A stretch of 24,646 bases of DNA from a virus (taxonomy: Duplodnaviria > Heunggongvirae > Uroviricota > Caudoviricetes). Each line of letters begins with the position of its first letter. Position 1 is the first letter of the stretch. Positions 10,168 to 16,899 of this stretch are shown here, in pieces. The notes below the pieces were generated by a model that saw only the letters and a program-made list of their open reading frames with translations, ran no database searches and was not told the origin of the DNA. The stretch covers positions 1 through 24,646 of the IMG/VR virus record IMGVR_UViG_2663763286_000010; one strand, written 5' to 3'. Position numbers and translations under genes: made by a program.

Positions 10168-10659
10168 TTATGGAGCTACACCCGGCCCCCTGGCCCGCTC
10201 TTCAAGCGTACCCTGCACGTTTTGATGGCGCATTCCTGGGGCATTTCTGATTGAGTCAATGCCATTTCTTCCAACATCTTCTTTATTAACGGTATTGCTC
10301 GCCACCAGCACCCCCCAGCTAGGGATAGCAAAATCAGGAGCGGTTTCGCATGCCTTTACCATATAATCGAAAGAGCTTCGATTGATCTCGTTTGCGTCGG
10401 GATTTAATAGGCGAGAATATTGATATTTAGCATTTTCGTTGGTTGCGACTTTATACAGTTCTTGCTGCACCATCGCTTCAGAAAGTTTAAGGCGTTTCAT
10501 ATCTGACAGTAACTTCTTGCGCATGGATTCGTCTTGACTGACAGCAAAGCCGTAAACGTGCCCAAGGTATTTCGTATAATCGGTACAAATCTCCTTTACG
10601 CTTGATGCTGCATTAACAGTCCCAGCCATAAATAATAACGGTAGTAATAGTTTTCTCAT
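10168..10659 (-). CDS. Accessory secreted protein with signal peptide and C-terminal Sit-like motif; candidate superinfection-exclusion protein
   Basis: The ORF track gives 10168-10686, but the likely start is the internal ATG at 10659 (MRKLLLPLLFMAGTVNA signal peptide), preceded by AGGTGAGG. The C-terminus RNAPGMRHQNVQGTLEERARGPG matches Sit GRGMRREVVQGTLEERARGKG and RNSPGMRKNNAPE. Confidence 0.6.
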   Translation of the reverse strand: MRKLLLPLLFMAGTVNAASSVKEICTDYTKYLGHVYGFAVSQDESMRKKLLSDMKRLKLSEAMVQQELYKVATNENAKYQYSRLLNPDANEINRSSFDYMVKACETAPDFAIPSWGVLVASNTVNKEDVGRNGIDSIRNAPGMRHQNVQGTLEERARGPGVAP

Positions 10660-10755
10660 TATAACCTCACCTGCCTTATAACTCATTTAGGGTACATATT
10701 TTCGCCTTTAAAAAAAAGAGGTTATTAGATCTACTTGTGTATTTATTAAGCAAAC

Positions 10756-10772
10756 AATGCTCTAATAAATTT
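10756..10772 (+). promoter_or_regulatory. C1 repressor operator-like site (AATGCTCTAATAAATTT) in the divergent promoter region between the accessory cluster and c4-icd-ant
   Basis: 16 of 17 matches to the asymmetric P1 C1 operator consensus ATTGCTCTAATAAATTT as I recall it; a second copy with similar flanking sequence is at 12426-12442. Confidence 0.65.
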
Positions 10773-10959
10773 GTATTTTTAAGTCACGAATGCTATCTTT
10801 TCGCATCATATTGACCTTTTAATCGTTCAGGCTTATAGTTCCTACGTCGTAGCAAATTCTGCGACCAGGTTTGACAGCCTGAATACTTACGCGGACAACC
10901 GCACATTTCCGATATTGCGGTATTTTTGTGTCCGTAAAACCACGTTACGCCCGAATTAT

Positions 10960-11075
10960 GGTGGGGCGTGATGGGGAGGCTTCGGCCTGCTGGTTTCGTA
11001 AGTGCCAGTCTGTCAACCCTGTCACGTCCTGCCACCTGTTTGACAGCGGGTCGCAGGTTGTTTATCAACTTACGA
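10960..11075 (+). ncRNA. c4: Region expected to encode the c4 antisense repressor RNA of the immI operon (boundaries not resolved); includes a candidate sigma70 promoter TTGACA (11040-11045), 17-nt spacer, TATCAA (11063-11068)
   Basis: Position immediately upstream of icd/ant as in P1 immI; stem-forming repeats (CTGTCAA ... TTGACAG). I cannot reproduce the exact c4 sequence from memory, so the coordinates are approximate. Confidence 0.3.
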
Positions 11076-11085
11076 GGCCGTAACT

Positions 11086-11307
11086 ATGGTTAATGCCAAT
11101 CCTTGCGCACGCCCAGAATTCATCTGGCGTTTCTATTCCTGTAAAAAACACCACTATCACTTCGTTATCGCAGCAACAGAAGACGAAGAACGCTCTCAAT
11201 TGCCTGACGGCCCCTGCATTTTTACTGCCCGTTTTTCAACTAACTCGCGCAATTCACTTAGTTACTGGAACCTCCCCTTCTCTGCCGACGTTCAGGGGGG
11301 TTTATGA
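11086..11307 (+). CDS. icd: Icd-like small protein (interference with cell division), 73 aa, translationally coupled to ant
   Basis: 73-aa ORF whose stop overlaps the ant start (ATGA at 11304-11307); size and position match P1 icd. Confidence 0.7.
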   Translation: MVNANPCARPEFIWRFYSCKKHHYHFVIAATEDEERSQLPDGPCIFTARFSTNSRNSLSYWNLPFSADVQGGL

Positions 11308-12347
11308 AAAAACCTCTCGTCACCCGTAATGACATAGCCGAAGCGATCGCCCTGCATACTGCCTGTATGCCGACACGGGAGATCCCCGGCGCAATTGCCA
11401 ACTATTTCATGATAACCAGACGTTTTTATACCCGAACAGATAAGGCTGTGATCAACAAGCTACTGATAGCCGAGATCAGGGATTATTTGATTGAACAAGG
11501 ACGTCTACGTTACGCAACAGTGGCAGCAGAAATGAGAAAGGAGGCACATAGAATGACCGGTAATAATTTGAATGTTGAAAAACCAGCACCTGTTGCTTCA
11601 GCTACGCCATCACCAGCAGTGAATGTTATCTCCAACACTGGAGACACAATCGACAGCCAGACACTGTTAAAGATGGTCAATGAAGCGCGTAAGTTATGTG
11701 GGGAACCAGAGGTTCGGAACAACAAATTCATCGAAAAAATACTCGACGAATTAGAAGGTGAGGACGGTTACACAAAAAGTGCAACCGTGCCGCCAGGTGG
11801 CGGTACGCCTATGGTTGTCATAACCATGACCTACAAACAAGCCCTGCGAGTCGCCGCGCGCGAATCAAAAGCTGTCCGCCGTTCGCTGATCGACAAACTG
11901 GAAGAATTGCAGCAGGCAAACTCCCCTACCCCATCGATCCCCCAAACATTACCAGAAGCTCTACGCCTGGCTGCCGAGTTGGCAGAACAAAAAATGCAAC
12001 TGGAACAACAGCTGGTGGCCGCAGCCCCTAAAGTCGATTTTGCCGACCGGGTATCAGTGGCCAATGGAATCCTGATCGGGAACTTTGCAAAGGTCGTTGG
12101 ACTTAAGCAAAACGCCCTTTTCTCATGGTTGCGCCAGAACGGCATTCTCATGGCTTTTGGAGCGCGCAAAAACGTACCGCGCCAGCAGTACATTAACGCC
12201 GGGTATTTCACGGTGAAAGAAGTGGTGCTGGATGATGAAAATGGCTACCAGATACGGCTGACGCCCCAATTAACGGGTAAAGGCCAGCAGTGGTTAACTC
12301 GCAAGCTACTTGATGCTGGTTTGTTAAAACCAGTAGCAATAGGTTAA
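11304..12347 (+). CDS. ant: Antirepressor Ant (immI); the C-terminal domain is paralogous to the C-terminal domain of KilA
   Basis: 347-aa ORF after icd; C-terminal about 130 aa (QTLPEALRLAAELAEQK...GKGQQWLTRKLLDAGLL) is shared with the 12512-13312 product; followed by an intrinsic terminator. Confidence 0.8.
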   Translation: MKKPLVTRNDIAEAIALHTACMPTREIPGAIANYFMITRRFYTRTDKAVINKLLIAEIRDYLIEQGRLRYATVAAEMRKEAHRMTGNNLNVEKPAPVASATPSPAVNVISNTGDTIDSQTLLKMVNEARKLCGEPEVRNNKFIEKILDELEGEDGYTKSATVPPGGGTPMVVITMTYKQALRVAARESKAVRRSLIDKLEELQQANSPTPSIPQTLPEALRLAAELAEQKMQLEQQLVAAAPKVDFADRVSVANGILIGNFAKVVGLKQNALFSWLRQNGILMAFGARKNVPRQQYINAGYFTVKEVVLDDENGYQIRLTPQLTGKGQQWLTRKLLDAGLLKPVAIG

Positions 12348-12353
12348 CAAAAG

Positions 12354-12384
12354 AAAAAAACCTGCCAGCAAACTGGCAGGTTTC
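12354..12384 (+). terminator. Rho-independent terminator after ant (hairpin CCTGCCAG-CAAA-CTGGCAGG followed by TTTCTG)
   Basis: Perfect 8-bp stem with a 4-nt loop at 12361-12380, flanked by an A-run upstream and T-rich sequence downstream. Confidence 0.75.
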
Positions 12385-12425
12385 TGAGCAGATCGTCCAA
12401 CCCGATCTGGATCGGGTCAGAAAAA

Positions 12426-12442
12426 TTTGCTCTAATAAATTT
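12426..12442 (+). promoter_or_regulatory. C1 repressor operator-like site (TTTGCTCTAATAAATTT) upstream of kilA-repL (Op53-like)
   Basis: 16 of 17 matches to the C1 operator consensus; located about 70 bp upstream of the kilA start, as expected for the C1-controlled lytic-replicon promoter in P1. Confidence 0.65.
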
Positions 12443-12511
12443 CGTTTTCTAAGTGCAAAGAATCACCATTTCGAGCTGGTGATTGAAGGTTGATGCAAAT
12501 TTGGAGAAAAA

Positions 12512-13312
12512 ATGCAACAAACATTCAATGCGGATATGAATATATCAAACCTTCATCAAAATGTCGATCCTTCAACCACTCTGCCCGTTATTTGTGGTGT
12601 TGAAATTACGACCGACCGCGCTGGCCGTTACAACCTTAATGCTCTACACAGAGCGAGCGGACTCGGTGCCCATAAAGCGCCAGCTCAATGGCTAAGAACG
12701 TTGTCAGCCAAACAGCTCATCGAAGAGCTTGAAAAAGAAACTATGCAGAATTGCATAGTTTCGTTCGAAGGCCGTGGCGGCGGCACTTTTGCCCATGAAT
12801 TGCTCGCTGTGGAGTACGCAGGCTGGATTTCTCCCGCGTTTCGGCTGAAGGTAAACCAGACATTTATCGACTATCGAGCTGGAAGATTACAACCTGCTAT
12901 TCCGCAGAGTCTCCCTGAAGCTCTCCGTTTGGCTGCCGACCTGGCAGAGCAAAAGCAACGGCTGGAGCAAAAAATGCTTATGGATGCACCTAAAGTCGAA
13001 TTCGCCGAACGCGTTGCTACCGCCAGCGGGGTTCTAATCGGCAACTATGCCAAAGTGCTCGGCCTGGGCCAAAACTATCTCTTCACTTGGTTGCGTGATA
13101 ACGGAATTCTGATCGCAACCGGTGAACGCAGGAACGTCCCCAAACAAGAATACATATCCCGTGGGTACTTCACCCTCAAAGAAACCGTGATCGATACAAG
13201 CAATGGAAGCAGGATTTCTTTCACGACTCGTATAACCGGCAAAGGTCAGCAGTGGCTTATGAAGCGATTGCTTGATGCTGGTGTGCTGGTACCTGTCGCG
13301 GCAACGCGCTAA
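12512..13312 (+). CDS. kilA: KilA: N-terminal KilA-N (APSES-like) DNA-binding domain fused to an Ant-type C-terminal domain
   Basis: 266-aa ORF; N-terminal region VICGVEITTDRAGRYNLNALHRASG...WLRTLSAKQLIEEL is KilA-N-like; C-terminal domain paralogous to Ant; immediately upstream of repL as in P1. Confidence 0.8.
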   Translation: MQQTFNADMNISNLHQNVDPSTTLPVICGVEITTDRAGRYNLNALHRASGLGAHKAPAQWLRTLSAKQLIEELEKETMQNCIVSFEGRGGGTFAHELLAVEYAGWISPAFRLKVNQTFIDYRAGRLQPAIPQSLPEALRLAADLAEQKQRLEQKMLMDAPKVEFAERVATASGVLIGNYAKVLGLGQNYLFTWLRDNGILIATGERRNVPKQEYISRGYFTLKETVIDTSNGSRISFTTRITGKGQQWLMKRLLDAGVLVPVAATR

Positions 13313-13341
13313 CAAACGTAGTAAGAACCACCAGCATTGTA

Positions 13342-14187
13342 ATGCTGGCTAAAGTCACTTTCCTGAGCTGTATAACGATGAGCGATTTTACTTTTTCTGG
13401 CTATGAATTGGCCTGCTTTGTAACACACTCCGGTCTATCCCGTAGCGCCGGGCATATCCTGTCGCAATGTGCAAATCTCGCGGCAACAACCAGTGAATAC
13501 TTCATTCACAAGCCTCACCGCCTGATCGCGGCAGAAACTGGTTATAGCCAATCAACCGTCGTTCGTGCATTCCGTGAAGCTGTAAACAAAGGAATTCTGT
13601 CTGTAGAGATTGTTATCGGCGATCACCGTGAACGTCGCGCTAACCTGTACCGGTTTACACCATCATTTTTGGCCTTCGCACAACAAGCCAAAAATGCGCT
13701 GATTGAAAGCAAATTAAAGATCTCTTCAGCGGCAACCAAGGTTAAAGCTGTTCTCGCTAAGACATTGGCTTTATTTAATTTTTTATCCACACCCCCATGT
13801 CAAAATGATACCCCCTCCCCCTGTCAGGATGACGTGGCAATAAAGAATAAGAAGTCACAAGTTAAAAAAACAGAAAGATCAGTTTCCGGCGGTGCCGGAA
13901 CGACCAGGCTCAAAAATTTGACTTCCTGGATCGCTGAGGCAAAAGCAAAGGCTGACAATCTGCGGTTATCCAAAAAACGCGCTCAAAAACATGAGTTCAA
14001 GCAGAAAGTAGAGGCGGCAGCGCGGAAATATGCTTACCTGAAGAACAAGCGTTCTCCTGATATTGGCGGGGTATCAAACTTCGATAATCTGCCGCATTGC
14101 ATGACGGTAAACGAAGCTCTTAATGCGGTTTTAGCCAAAAATAAAGATAACGAACAATGGGGTATACCGGCAGGATTCAGAGGGTGA
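13342..14187 (+). CDS. repL: RepL, lytic replicon initiator (the oriL origin is expected within this gene)
   Basis: 281-aa ORF directly downstream of kilA under the C1 operator; size and position match P1 repL. Confidence 0.75.
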   Translation: MLAKVTFLSCITMSDFTFSGYELACFVTHSGLSRSAGHILSQCANLAATTSEYFIHKPHRLIAAETGYSQSTVVRAFREAVNKGILSVEIVIGDHRERRANLYRFTPSFLAFAQQAKNALIESKLKISSAATKVKAVLAKTLALFNFLSTPPCQNDTPSPCQDDVAIKNKKSQVKKTERSVSGGAGTTRLKNLTSWIAEAKAKADNLRLSKKRAQKHEFKQKVEAAARKYAYLKNKRSPDIGGVSNFDNLPHCMTVNEALNAVLAKNKDNEQWGIPAGFRG

Positions 14188-14237
14188 TAGATTGCTCTAA
14201 TCTGGAGTCACCTGGCGTTTTCAGTTTGAGGTCGGAG

Positions 14238-14483
14238 ATGCAATCTGATTTTTTACAGTTAGCGATCGCTTTTGCAGGATATGTTTGTATTGGCTTCTGT
14301 GTATACATGATCAGCCGAAAAATGCTTGTCGATATCGACCGCAAAGAACAAGCAGAGGAGATCTTAGAATGGATTTTCTTTGGCGCGGTCTGGCCATTAG
14401 GGATCATGTTTGCTGCAACATTTCTTCTGATGTGGATATTCACCCTTCCAGGTGATTTCTATAGAAAAAAAGCCAGACATTGA
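14238..14483 (+). CDS. Small membrane protein with two predicted transmembrane helices (81 aa)
   Basis: The ORF track gives 14157-14483; the likely start is the ATG at 14238, preceded by GAGGTCGGAG. Hydrophobic segments LAIAFAGYVCIGFCVYMI and AVWPLGIMFAATFLLMWIF. Confidence 0.4.
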   Translation: MQSDFLQLAIAFAGYVCIGFCVYMISRKMLVDIDRKEQAEEILEWIFFGAVWPLGIMFAATFLLMWIFTLPGDFYRKKARH

Positions 14484-14569
14484 TACAATCGTTGCGGGTG
14501 CTTGAGGCTATCTGCTTCAGGCATTACCCGAAAAGCAGATAGAAGAAAGCCCCAGATAACATTATGTGT

Positions 14570-14640
14570 CCTGCAAGACGCTTAACATTAATCTGAGGCA
14601 ATATCTATGCTTAGCATACGTAGATTAGCCTCTTACCGAC
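14570..14640 (-). ncRNA. sok: Expected position of a Sok-type antisense RNA covering the mok translation-initiation region (boundaries approximate)
   Basis: Inferred from hok/sok locus architecture; a candidate minus-strand -35 (TTGACC) lies inside early mok. No clean terminator identified. Confidence 0.25.
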
Positions 14641-14813
14641 CAAAAGGTCAAGGAGAAGCAGGCTATGAAGCAGCAAAGAGCGATATTAATCGCTCTGATC
14701 GTCATCTGTTTAACCGTCATTGTGACGGCACTGGTAACGAAGAAAGACCTCTGCGAGGTACGAATCCGAACCGGCCAGACGGAGGTCACTGTCTTCACAG
14801 CCTACGAATCTGA
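14607..14813 (+). CDS. mok: Mok-like overlapping reading frame (modulator of killing) of the hok locus
   Basis: 68-aa ORF in a different frame that starts 58 nt upstream of hok and overlaps nearly all of it, as in hok/mok/sok loci. Confidence 0.6.
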   Translation: MLSIRRLASYRPKGQGEAGYEAAKSDINRSDRHLFNRHCDGTGNEERPLRGTNPNRPDGGHCLHSLRI

Positions 14814-14820
14814 AAGGTAA
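14665..14820 (+). CDS. hok: Hok/Gef-family type I toxin, 51 aa (MKQQRAILIALIVICLTVIVTALVTKKDLCEVRIRTGQTEVTVFTAYESER)
   Basis: Translated by hand (below the ORF-track size cutoff); near-identical in pattern to E. coli Gef/HokC (MKQHKAMIVALIVICITAVVAALVTRKDLCEVHIRTGQTEVAVFTAYESE). RBS AGGAGA 8 nt upstream; 3' hairpin GGCGGGG-AGAGAT-CCCCGCC at 14828-14847. Confidence 0.9.
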   Translation: MKQQRAILIALIVICLTVIVTALVTKKDLCEVRIRTGQTEVTVFTAYESER

Positions 14821-14899
14821 GAGACCTGGCGGGGAGAGATCCCCGCCACTCTTCGTGTGTCAGGTATCCTCAATGTACCCTTTCCTCTCCAAATTAAAA

Positions 14900-14920
14900 A
14901 GCTCCCGAAGGAGCTTTAAA
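14900..14920. terminator. Bidirectional intrinsic terminator between the convergent hok locus and the minus-strand virion operon (GCTCC-CGAA-GGAGC flanked by A-run and T-run)
   Basis: Stem-loop at 14901-14914 with AAATTAAAAA upstream and TTTAAAA downstream. Confidence 0.65.
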
Positions 14921-14936
14921 ATACAAGGGATGACTC

Positions 14937-15446
14937 TTAATCCCACTCAATCCAGTTGTAGACGATACGAAGTGACGGGCGCACAGCGGCAGTCACATCT
15001 TCGGTACTAAAGTCGATTGCATCACTGTAGATTTTGCAGTCCAACATTTCAATTGTTGTAGCAGCTTTTGTCACAGCGTTAACCCCGGAAGATTTGGATT
15101 CAGGGGTAGCAGCCATCGTGATATCAACATAGTCCTTCGCCGCAATGCGATCCTTGATGAACTGAAGAATATCGCCTTCGATAGTCTCCACGCACTGGAC
15201 CTGGATTTCCCCAGAGTTTCGAATTGGTCCGTGCTGGTTGAACTTCACACCATTCGGACCATAGTCCTCCACATCCTCGCGGGTCATTTCAGGGATTTGC
15301 GACGTGCGAACCAGTACGCTGATATCTTCATGGCCTGCAAAAGTGAGCTGGAATTCAGAAGATACCAGTCGTTCGCCTTTGGCCGCGTTGGCAGTATAGC
15401 GGCCCTTAATAAATTTACGGTTTCCCTTAGTGTTATTGTGCCCCAT
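14937..15446 (-). CDS. Virion structural protein (tail/baseplate; position of P1 BplB)
   Basis: 169-aa ORF, last gene of the minus-strand operon running from parS; name by synteny only. Confidence 0.4.
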   Translation of the reverse strand: MGHNNTKGNRKFIKGRYTANAAKGERLVSSEFQLTFAGHEDISVLVRTSQIPEMTREDVEDYGPNGVKFNQHGPIRNSGEIQVQCVETIEGDILQFIKDRIAAKDYVDITMAATPESKSSGVNAVTKAATTIEMLDCKIYSDAIDFSTEDVTAAVRPSLRIVYNWIEWD

Positions 15447-15457
15447 ATAAAATCCTT

Positions 15458-16039
15458 TTACTGGAACGCCCGAACAATATCGGAGCTGTTATATATCGAA
15501 GAACCGGTCAACTGGAGGTTGACGGTGTTTTTCAGGAAATATCCATTACTGTCCCTTGGCGCATCGAGATCAAAACTTAAGTCCTGGATGGCGACATCGG
15601 TGATGTTGATCCGGCGACCAATGTTTAGCGTCACGCGCTCCGGGATTCGACCACCAACATTGGCCGCTTTTAGTTCCGGGCTAATCATGGCTGTCAACGC
15701 GGCGATAGCGCCTGAAACTTCAATGAATGGATTGTTCAAAGCAATGAAAGTTACAGGCAGCGTGAACGTCGGCGGAGTCCCCCCTTCCCAAACCATTAAG
15801 CTATTCCAACGGGCAACCGACGTTGTTTCAGTACCTACTTGCACAAAACCACCCAGAGCACCAGAAACAGATCCCATGGACATACCGGTAAACGGCGCTT
15901 CCCAATTCTGGGCCATGTTCATTGCCGCTCCCTGGCTGATATATCCGGTAACCTGGTACTGAGAGTTCGTTAAAGTAACTTTCAGAAATGGTGATACACC
16001 GTCAGCCTGGCTGTAAACCCCATAAGGTATAGGTGCCAT
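15458..16039 (-). CDS. Virion morphogenesis protein (position of P1 PmgG)
   Basis: 193-aa ORF with SD AAGGAGG upstream; no recognisable motif. Confidence 0.4.
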   Translation of the reverse strand: MAPIPYGVYSQADGVSPFLKVTLTNSQYQVTGYISQGAAMNMAQNWEAPFTGMSMGSVSGALGGFVQVGTETTSVARWNSLMVWEGGTPPTFTLPVTFIALNNPFIEVSGAIAALTAMISPELKAANVGGRIPERVTLNIGRRINITDVAIQDLSFDLDAPRDSNGYFLKNTVNLQLTGSSIYNSSDIVRAFQ

Positions 16040-16074
16040 TCAAGTTAAAGGCCGGAGTTCTCCGGCCTCCTCCT

Positions 16075-16890
16075 TTAGCCAAGGCGCTTACGGCGCAGTT
16101 TCATTGACTTTTTGCGGGCAAGTTTTGCCGCGCCGGTCTGGGCTTTTCGACGCGCTTTTTTCAGCGCCGATTTTTGAGCCGCAGTCAGACGTTTTTTACG
16201 CAGGCGTTTACGGATGAGTTTGATCTCACCGTTACGAACAACCTTCTTAAATGCTTCAGTCAGCATTTCATCAGAAGTGCCAGCAACAACAAACGCCGCT
16301 TCCAGTTCGTCACGGTCGTCGCTATCTAAACCAGCGATAGAGGCACCAACATCAGCAGCTGCGTCGTCGTCTTCATCGTCAGCCAGTGCTTCGATCAGGT
16401 CATCATCTACACCGCATGCTGCGAGGAAGTCAGCAACATTTGCCCATGCTTCGTTATAGGCATCGTCCTGTTCTTCTGTAACTTCGGAGTCGTCGTCATC
16501 AGAGATACCAGCGATAGCCTGAACGAAACCATCAAGGGAGTCGAAAGTCAGATCACCGCTATCAGCCCAGGCGAAAACGGCGTCGGCCGCATCACTCAAC
16601 GCATTCTGCATAGCACTTCGATTTGCAGCTTCCAGAATCATCTGGTGCGCCTGTTCGACGGTCCATTCTTTACCGTCTTTCCCTTCCAGGATTTGCTCAG
16701 GATCCGGGGCAGATGGAACGTTATCGTTAGTCTGTGCCGCCGGTTCCGGATTATTATTAATAACCGGATCTGTTGGCGGTTCGGCGCTTGCTCGGGCAGA
16801 CTCCATCAGCTGCACAGGATCAGAGTTCAAAGCGAAACGAGACAGTCCATTCCCCAAAAATGCCCCGGATTGAAAAAAGTTTTTGCTCAT
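16075..16890 (-). CDS. Hypothetical virion-associated protein with a strongly acidic central region and a highly basic Lys/Arg-rich C-terminal tail (position of P1 gene 21)
   Basis: 271-aa ORF; central stretch rich in D/E (DDDDSEVTEEQDD, ADDEDDDAAAD) and C-terminus KLIRKRLRKKRLTAAQKSALKKARRKAQTGAAKLARKKSMKLRRKRLG. Confidence 0.5.
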   Translation of the reverse strand: MSKNFFQSGAFLGNGLSRFALNSDPVQLMESARASAEPPTDPVINNNPEPAAQTNDNVPSAPDPEQILEGKDGKEWTVEQAHQMILEAANRSAMQNALSDAADAVFAWADSGDLTFDSLDGFVQAIAGISDDDDSEVTEEQDDAYNEAWANVADFLAACGVDDDLIEALADDEDDDAAADVGASIAGLDSDDRDELEAAFVVAGTSDEMLTEAFKKVVRNGEIKLIRKRLRKKRLTAAQKSALKKARRKAQTGAAKLARKKSMKLRRKRLG

Positions 16891-16899
16891 TGTATTCCC

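Noticed and set aside
10793-11068. 91-aa minus-strand ORF in the c4 / immI leader region
   Set aside because: It lies in the region expected to encode the c4 RNA and promoters on the plus strand, has no convincing RBS, and its Arg-rich translation looks non-coding.
11093-11329. 78-aa alternative-frame ORF overlapping icd
   Set aside because: The 73-aa frame (11086-11307) ends in an ATGA overlap with ant, the arrangement expected for icd; the 78-aa frame runs into ant in the wrong frame.
14508-14542. Palindrome CTATCTGCTT...AAGCAGATAG considered as a terminator for repL or for sok
   Set aside because: No U-tract follows it on either strand; more likely part of the hok mRNA 5' structure, so it is not annotated as a terminator.
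15231-15962. 243-aa plus-strand ORF overlapping two minus-strand virion genes
   Set aside because: It spans the junction of two tightly packed minus-strand genes with good SD sequences; antisense shadow ORF.
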